DNA of 64,000 nucleotides, from the NCBI GenBank assembly GCA_002189035.1, contig CM007989.1, forward strand, positions 1,240,001-1,304,000, in the 5' to 3' direction. Positions 56,846 through 64,000 of this stretch are shown one piece after another. The DNA comes from Utricularia gibba. Taxonomy: Eukaryota; Plantae; Magnoliophyta. A model generated the notes under the pieces. The model was not told the DNA's origin. It did no database searches and worked only from the letters and a program-made list of their open reading frames with translations. The position numbers were made by a program, and so were the translations under genes. Each line of letters opens with the position of its first letter. Position 1 is the stretch's first letter.

Positions 56846-57517
56846 GATTGTTTCTTTAAGACTGCCTTTTTCCCTTGGAAGACATCTTGTTCCTATTTTG
56901 TTGGTCTCGATGCATGATTACTGCTTCAATTTGTGCTTCTTATGACTCTGGTTTGAGATATGTGCGCATCTTGATGACTGCGCGCGATCAACACCATGTC
57001 TATTTCCTCTTTTTCTTCGAAGATTACACACTCAAATGGGACTAACTCACGCTTAAGCCATATGGGCCTCGTTGCATAGTAGTATTACTATGTTGTGTCT
57101 GAATTGATGTGCTCAACAATGAGATTTGAAAGGATGAGATGAGATGGTGTAAATATTGCATTGGACCAGTGTGAACAGAAACTTCATTCCAATGCTCCTT
57201 TCATGAATTAAATCTGAACTCAACAAATAACCAACAAATACATCTTCTCTGCCTACTTAGCAAGGCTATAAAGCCACCCTCCCAAACTAAACCGCCTGCA
57301 GTGAAACCAGCAGAAAAGCTGAGATCAAACAACATGCACTTACATGAATACAACACAAACTTCGTGATAGGATCGAATAACAACCACCTTGAGTCCTCGT
57401 TAGGGACACAAGTTAGCAAAGTGCATCCTTTCAAAACACTGTACAAGCAGTCGTAGCATGAGAAAAGAGGCACTTGGAGAAGCTGACCAGCTTTTGCAGA
57501 CCACATTGAGTTAGTCC

Positions 57518-60428
57518 CTACAACATATTGTTTCTGTTCCAACTTGGTCTAAACTGGCTGTAGAATTCAGTGAAGTCCAGACGGAACATAAGGAACTTCA
57601 GATCGATGTGTTTCTGGACAGACAGTTGGGAGATGAAACCTTTGAAAACCGATGAATATTCCTTTGACATATCATCAATATCTTGCCCCATGCTGCGAAG
57701 AAATTCCCCAGCACGTCTTGTAAGATCCTTCCGTCCTTCACCAAGCCATGAGCCTGGTTCAGAAAGCTTCTTGTTTGATGGCCTCTGCGGTCTGGCTTTA
57801 TCCCGAGAAGAATGTGTTGTTCTGCAACATTTTTAAACCACCACATCAGAAGAAGGGATCTTATCCATCGCATATGAAGGATACAAGAAAAGAAGGTCTA
57901 CGCAAGAATAGGTACCTGGATTGCAGCTCATAAATTCCCTCATACAGCCTATCTGCATGGCTTCGAAATCTCAGAATGAGATCAAGCAAGTTAAAGAGGA
58001 CCTGCTTAAGATTGTGTGACTGGTCTCCCAGAAGGGACTTTTCAACAATCGAGTGCAAGTATTTTTCATGGGCTGTGAGTAAATCATCAAGATCTTCAGC
58101 AATTTCCACTTCTTTCGAAAAGTTAGACCATGACACCTCCAAGACTTCAAACATGATGTAATACTGAAGATTTGAGATAAAATGATTCATCTCACCCCAT
58201 AGCACTTGACACTTCCTTGATGTCAATATCAACTGTACTCTAATAGCATCTGGTAGCTTTATATAGGCCCGAGTAGTGACACAGCTTGGTTTCATGGTCT
58301 TCCATACACCAATAAGAACATGCTCTACCCTTCTAAGCTTCCACAGGAAATTAAAAATTCTCAAATACCTAGACATCACAGATTCCGTGAAGACGGTGTT
58401 TAATGGAACTCTAGCATCATATTCCAATGAAAATACATCCCAGCCTGTATCCCCCGGATTGTGAGGCATCATTTTTACCCTTAATCGATCGAGTACATCA
58501 GGGTCATCATACTGCGCATTGGAGGATCTGATTGCACTCTCTAACAGTCCGGCAAGCTTGAAAGAACTTATGGTGTTGGCAGCCTCAGATAGCTCTGATC
58601 CGACAATATCCATCAGATACTGCACAAAATCACCTTGACCAAGAAGTATATATCTTTTTATTGCAAGGCAATGCTCCCTAAACTTGTACTTCTTATATAT
58701 CACATCCAACACATGTTTATCGATTCTCTTTGCTGCTTCCGCTACCAAGGTTTCCAAAGCATCTGTCTCCACGTATCCAAGACCACCCCTTTGGGTACTA
58801 GTCCCAGCCGCTGCTGCTGCTTCTGTGGCAACATCTGCCCAACATCGATCCTCGCAACATACACGCAGAAAATTAATTGATTTCCCAGTCCTTAAGATGC
58901 GCTGTGCAAGCGCTTGAGGGATGAAGGAAGGAAGCATAGCTCCATGCAGACGATAACCATCACTCCAAAGAGACTCGGCTTTTACTGGTTGGCTTAAAAC
59001 AAAGAACTCCGAAAAAATGTCATCAAGCTCCCCTTCCAGGACCCAGGCCCTCACCATTTCAAAAAGTGGAGAACAAACCCGGCGAAGCAGCTTCTTCATA
59101 AAATCATTCACAAGTGGATCACCATGTTGAGCATGCATGTGAATTGCCCCAGCCATGGCTCCACCTTTTAAGACCTTACAGTTTTCTACTAAAACAGCCA
59201 TGAGCTGCATCTTCACCATTGGCTCAGAAAACAAAACCGCGAGCCTTCTTAAAGAAAGGTAATTTCCAGAGGTAGCATTTTCAGAAACTAACGGTATTGG
59301 ATTCATTGCCTGTGCCTCAAGCACAGCTAACAACTTAAAATACTCTGACAATTCATCCTGTAGAGCAGCACAAAACGCCTGCCCAACCGTTCCCACATCC
59401 TCGGCAGGTAACCTTTCAATGCGCTCAGTTATATATCCTCTTACTTTCCTAAACAGCCACCCAAGTTCACAGAGCTTTAGGACCATAATTCTAGTAGCCC
59501 TTGGCATGTTAAGTCTTTCAGAAAAAACATATGCATCCGCCTTCTCATCAAACCTGGCATACCTACCATCGATTCCCTGGGACGCGTATAGAATGTCTCT
59601 CACTAAAACCACCTCAGAAACATCATTTTCATCCTTTGACATTTCAGCAAACTCCCTATAAGCCATGTCACGTATATTCTCAGGATCCTTAGACACCACC
59701 AATACACCCCCGCTATACTGCTTCTCCATAAGGTCCTTAATCTTTGAGCCCTTTGAACTCTGGCCTAGCCCCTTTAATTTCCTCAAGTTTTCGCTCATGG
59801 AATCAAAATTATCCAACGAAGCAGCCAAATCCCTGCTTCCTCTATTGATTTCCAAGTTGCTCAACCCTCTAAGGTCCCGAGCATTTCCTAAAGAACCTCT
59901 CAAATCATCAACCCCATGGGAAAGAGTGGAAACGATAAAATCATTACTCGAGTTTTTAAGCCCCCCTGCGTCAACGCTCGTGTCACCCCTCTCCAACAAC
60001 GCAGGCAGCCCACCCGTGAATGCAGAATCCAGAAAAGCATTAGAGATCCCATTCGGAAGCTTACTTTTCTTCGCTTCTCGATCCTCCGATATAGTCTTCA
60101 GCAAGTAAAGCACAGCCCACTTATTGTTCACACTCCCCGGTCCACTTTTCCGCGAAAATTTAGAGTAAAGATCAGCAAATGTCAGTGCTTCGGAGGACTT
60201 TCCGGCTGCTGCAAGACGTCTCTTTATCGACTCCGCCATGGCAAACTCGTCTAATGAAATGGAAGGCGACATCCGACTGGAGAGTATCCGGAGAGCGAAT
60301 TTGAGGGCTTGATTGTACTCTTGGGAGGCGCTAGGGTTCTGAGCATTGCCATGAGACGATGATAAACACATCAAGCGTTGCACTAGTTCCTTGACCAGAT
60401 CCACGAATCTACGCTCATCGCCTTCCAT
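57518..60428 (-). CDS. GCP3: Gamma-tubulin complex component 3 (exons 60428-~57914 and ~57820-57518)
   Basis: LVRDILYASQGIDG, KLCELGWLF, AFCAALQDEL, AIKRYILLGQGDF, GWDVFSLEY, QYYIMFEVLEVSW, LKFLMFRLDFTEFY. Confidence 0.96.
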
Positions 60429-60599
60429 GGCGGCTCTCCGGTCGCTATCCCTGTGGTGCGGAGGACAAATTTCAGCGTTTCAAGTAGAAATTTTTGAGCG
60501 GGGAAATATAATCTTGTTTTATCAGGAAAATATGTACCGTTAACCATGAACTTGTTTTGTAGCCTTATAAAATTATGACAACTTTACCCTTGGTAACAA

Positions 60600-60700
60600 A
60601 ACATTTCACGCCTGAAATTGAAAACCCTAAACCCTGAATGCTCGTCGACTGGGCCTCTCAGTGGCATAAAATTTTCCGATTTCAAGGATTTGATCGGAGA
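60600..60700. promoter_or_regulatory. Bidirectional promoter GCP3 / TMEM70-like
   Basis: Tandem telo-box AAACCCTAAACCCT at 60622-60635 and site II TGGGCC at 60650-60655 between head-to-head genes. Confidence 0.6.
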
Positions 60701-60907
60701 TCGCAGTGAGGCTGTTAGGACCGCCGCCGCGGGATAAGGTAAATGCTCCTCCGTCGATGTTCTACAAGTCAGCGGCGTATACGTTCATTATTGGTTTCTT
60801 TTTTCTGTGTGTAGCTTGGCTCATTCCCTTGTCGATTGATGGCGTAAGTTTTGTTTGGAGCTGAATGTCCACTGATTTATGGTCTTTTCAGGGGATTTTG
60901 GAGAGAA

Positions 60908-61937
60908 ATGGCAAGAGGTGTCCTGTTTCATGTACTCCGATCTCAATCCACGGTTTTCTGTTCAGGCATGGTTTTACTTGTTTTTTGTGCAGCATAAGAA
61001 ACTGTACGCTATTGAATTTAGTTCTGTAGTTCTTTCGAATTGGTGGTATACTTGACGATAGAAGGCGAGTTATTTGTGAGCTTGGGCTTTGTATTTTTAG
61101 TTGCAGAATGTAACTGCATAAAAAACTACGTTCTATTTAGGTTGGCTTTCTGCATTGAGTTCAGGGTTATATTTCTGTGGACCTTTCATACAAGTGTTTA
61201 AATTGTTCGAAAGAACTCCACTGTGTGCCTAGAGGTAGTTTAGCTTTTCAATGTCTTCAAGTTGTCTTCTGGCTGCATTTATTTAGTGTTTTGAAAACAT
61301 TGTCTTCCCTCTGCATCTTGCCTTAGGTGCCAAAATCAATGCTGCAACCGTCCTTCACATGCCATTTTCCATGAGGTCATGGTCATCTCAAGCAGCAACA
61401 GAAGAAGATGATAGCAAAATCAGCATTGGACCTCGCAAGAGTGCAGTAAAGGAGAATGAAGAGAGTAACCATGGTCTCATCTATCATGGTCCTATATCAA
61501 GCACAATTAAAAAAGTGAAGCTTCTGTCACTTTCCACCTGCTGCCTCTCCGTGTCCTTAGGCCCCGTCATCACATTCATGACGGCACAGGACATGAATAT
61601 CATGCTCAAGGGTGCAGTAGCCTCTTCAGTCATATTTCTCAGTGCTTCAACCACTGCAGCCCTTCACTGGTTTGTGAGCCCTTACATTCACAGACTCAAA
61701 TGGCAGCCTGGGTCAGACAGCTTCGAGGTGGAAATGATGTCATGGCTAGCGACATATACACCAAGGACCATAAAGTTTGCTGATATCAGACCTCCAAACA
61801 CCAATAGGCCTTTCGTATCCTTCAAGGCTAATGGAGAATTCTACTTTGTGGACGAGGAGCACTGCCATAACAAGGCTCTGCTGGCAAAACTATCCCCCAA
61901 GGACCAACCTTACGAGTCCCCACTCAAGAACGTATAA
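60908..61937 (+). CDS. Mitochondrial TMEM70-like protein (DUF1301, At2g35790-like) (exons 60908-60965, 61327-61937)
   Basis: Presequence-like MARGVLFHVLRSQS, then YHGPISSTIKKVKLLSLSTCCLS, STTAALHWFVSPY, RPFVSFKANG. There is also a probable 5'-UTR intron at ~60738-60890. Confidence 0.9.
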
Positions 61938-63181
61938 GCCGGCTGATCCATGATTCTACATTTCTCTCTTCTGTATTAATAAAAGTTGCACAGCATATGG
62001 TCTGTTAAGGATGCATATTTTTGCCTGGATATTTGGCTTCATTTATACATTCTAGATTGTTGGAACCAGGAGGCTACAACCCCCCCGGTGCAAAGTTGCT
62101 GGAATGTTCTAGAGGCTTTTACCAGAAAGCGGTCACGTTTGTGGAAGAAAGCATCATGCTGGCCTTCTTGACAAGTGCCAAGCATCTTATCATTCTGACA
62201 AGATAGTGAGAAAGTCAAACCCCTCCTTAAGTCTCTGTAGATGCTTGAGAAGATCACATGAAAAGGGCCGGAATGGAGCTAACTGTTAGATCGGTTCATT
62301 GCAAAGGTCAAGTACACGTTCTTGTGTTCTTTGTTGGTAGGTGTGGAGGAATTCATTCTGGATCCCTACCATTTGAAGGTATATGCATCCTTATCAAACG
62401 GGCTAAAGCTGCTGGCTTCGAAGGCCCTTGTTGGTTGGTTTCTCCAAGAAATGAAGGTAAATTGGGGGGGACACTGCACCGAAAACGAAACTGACTGGAG
62501 GATGGGCAACCCACTTCTGTAAGGAAGTTACTCTGTAAAAGCAGCTCATGTCTCCCTTGCTTTCAAGTGGTGGGCACGGACACAGACTTGAGAGAAGAAA
62601 AGTAGCAGTGAGAAGTGGGGCACGCCCAACTCCTCCCTCCCTCCTTCGTCTGTGTATCAGATTGGCAACACACGACGGGAGTCTCGTGTTCTTGGGAATG
62701 GGTCGGCGCTCTTCCTGATCACGTGTTTCTTTCTATTCTCGCCGTTGCCGGCTCTAAATGTTTTTCCGATTTAATACCGGAGCAGCGTTGTGCTTTCAAA
62801 ATCTCCATCGCTTTCTTTCTTCAATCAATACAAACCCCAACACAACACATGAAAAAAATGACCGTACAATCCAATCCATGTCACTCTCAACCCCACAAGA
62901 AATAAAGAAATATATATATAAAAAAACACCCACAACAAACATTGAAAGAAAAAGGAAAGGAGAGGGGGCATTGCTTCTTCTTCCATTGGATTTGTACAAG
63001 ACGTTCAAGGCGCGCCCGGCGAAAAAATCTGGGAAGAGAAGTGGAACGAACGTCGTCCATAAAACTCAGTGTTGGTGTAAATGGGGGGGGGGGGGGAGGA
63101 GGGAAGGAAAAAATATATATATTTATATATTTTTTTAGCTGGAAAGCTTCATGGAAGAGTTCAGCATTCGCTTGGTCTTCT

Positions 63182-64000
63182 TCATGGATGTAGTGGGAGT
63201 TTGAACCACTGAAAACGACCCTCTGACGGCAATGGTTGATCCTTCAATATGTCGTAGTTATACCTAAGGAATTCATTCATTTTGGAATTGTAAGGTGGTG
63301 GGATATCCATGTTGAGAGAATGGGAGGAAGTTAGGATGTGTGAGTTACTTGGTGATGAATTCTTGCCGGAGATTGGCTTCCAGGGCGCCGAAGAATTCCT
63401 CGAGTTCATCTTCGGTAGGCGGGGCTTTTGCACTGCCGTGGGTGCCGGAATCAGTCACAATCACCGCCGACACAGACTCCGATGTCCTGCAAAAGTAGAA
63501 AGGTTTCTATTTAAAAACTCTTTGTTGTAAAGGACGAGGTACTTCGGCATTCATGGCATGAAAGTGAGGGAGAGAGAAAATGCCGCACAGAACCAGGAAG
63601 TTGGAGAAGAAGAGAGTAAAACCACAGAATCCAGAACTGGAGTTTCTCAAGTCGTATGTCTCTCTACCTTTCGCTAACATCCTCGACGTCCGCTGCCACC
63701 TCGCCGTCTTCATGCTGCGACTTCATTAACGAAAAAACGGTCGATCAATTCAGCGCCCTAGAATTTCAATTTGCATCACTACCGAAATCAATGAGAATCA
63801 CGAAATACCTCCAGATCTACGAATTCGAAACCGTTCCCCTCCGATCTCCTCTCCGCAAACGAATCTAAATCGCGAGTCCGACCATAAGTCTCACATGTCG
63901 AGTCCCCCGTGGTCTCCGGCAACGCCGTGTTCGATTTCGACAAACGCCTCACCTTCACGCCACCGCGATCTCCGATTTCGCTTTTCCTCTTCCTTCCCCC
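63182..64000 (-). CDS. KRP: Kip-related CDK inhibitor (ICK/KRP), 5' end beyond the window edge
   Basis: Open frame from the edge (GRKRKSE...FVDLE), short exon, then PPTEDELEEFFGALEANLRQEFITK / YNYDILKDQPLPSEGRFQW, which is the KRP CDK/cyclin-binding C-terminus. Confidence 0.92.

Noticed and set aside
62150-62170. Partial complement to miR167 (ATCATGCTGGC-CTTC)
   Set aside because: Only an 11-nt core with a 2-nt gap in the seed region and no precursor hairpin; expected by chance.

Overview
Eukaryotic nuclear DNA from a flowering plant (eudicot), not a prokaryote. The window is very gene-dense: I can reconstruct 19 intron-containing or single-exon protein-coding genes plus one apparently non-coding snoRNA host locus in 64 kb. 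Introns and spacers are mostly short and I saw no recognisable transposon or tRNA. In order: PP2C (+), DDB1/SF3B3/CPSF-A-family protein (-), HST (-), GDH (+), GDPDL (-), TIL (+), NKS1/DUF1068 (+), snoRNA host (-), SRP receptor alpha (+), R3H/G-patch protein (-), F-box/Kelch (-), FAR2/MS2-like (+), LPP-delta (-), Nst1-like protein (-), kinesin-7 (-), small membrane protein (-), RPL21 (+), GCP3 (-), TMEM70-like (+) and a 5'-truncated KRP (-). Two signals stand out. (1) An intronic snoRNA cluster at ~22.5-23.1 kb, missed by the ORF track, with a well-supported U36a-like C/D guide and at least one H/ACA candidate. (2) Eight single-base deletions in short G/C runs break six otherwise intact conserved genes, most likely long-read consensus errors rather than biology. 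I found no convincing evidence of a wholly new biological system. Gene names rest on my recall of homologous proteins, not on database searches.
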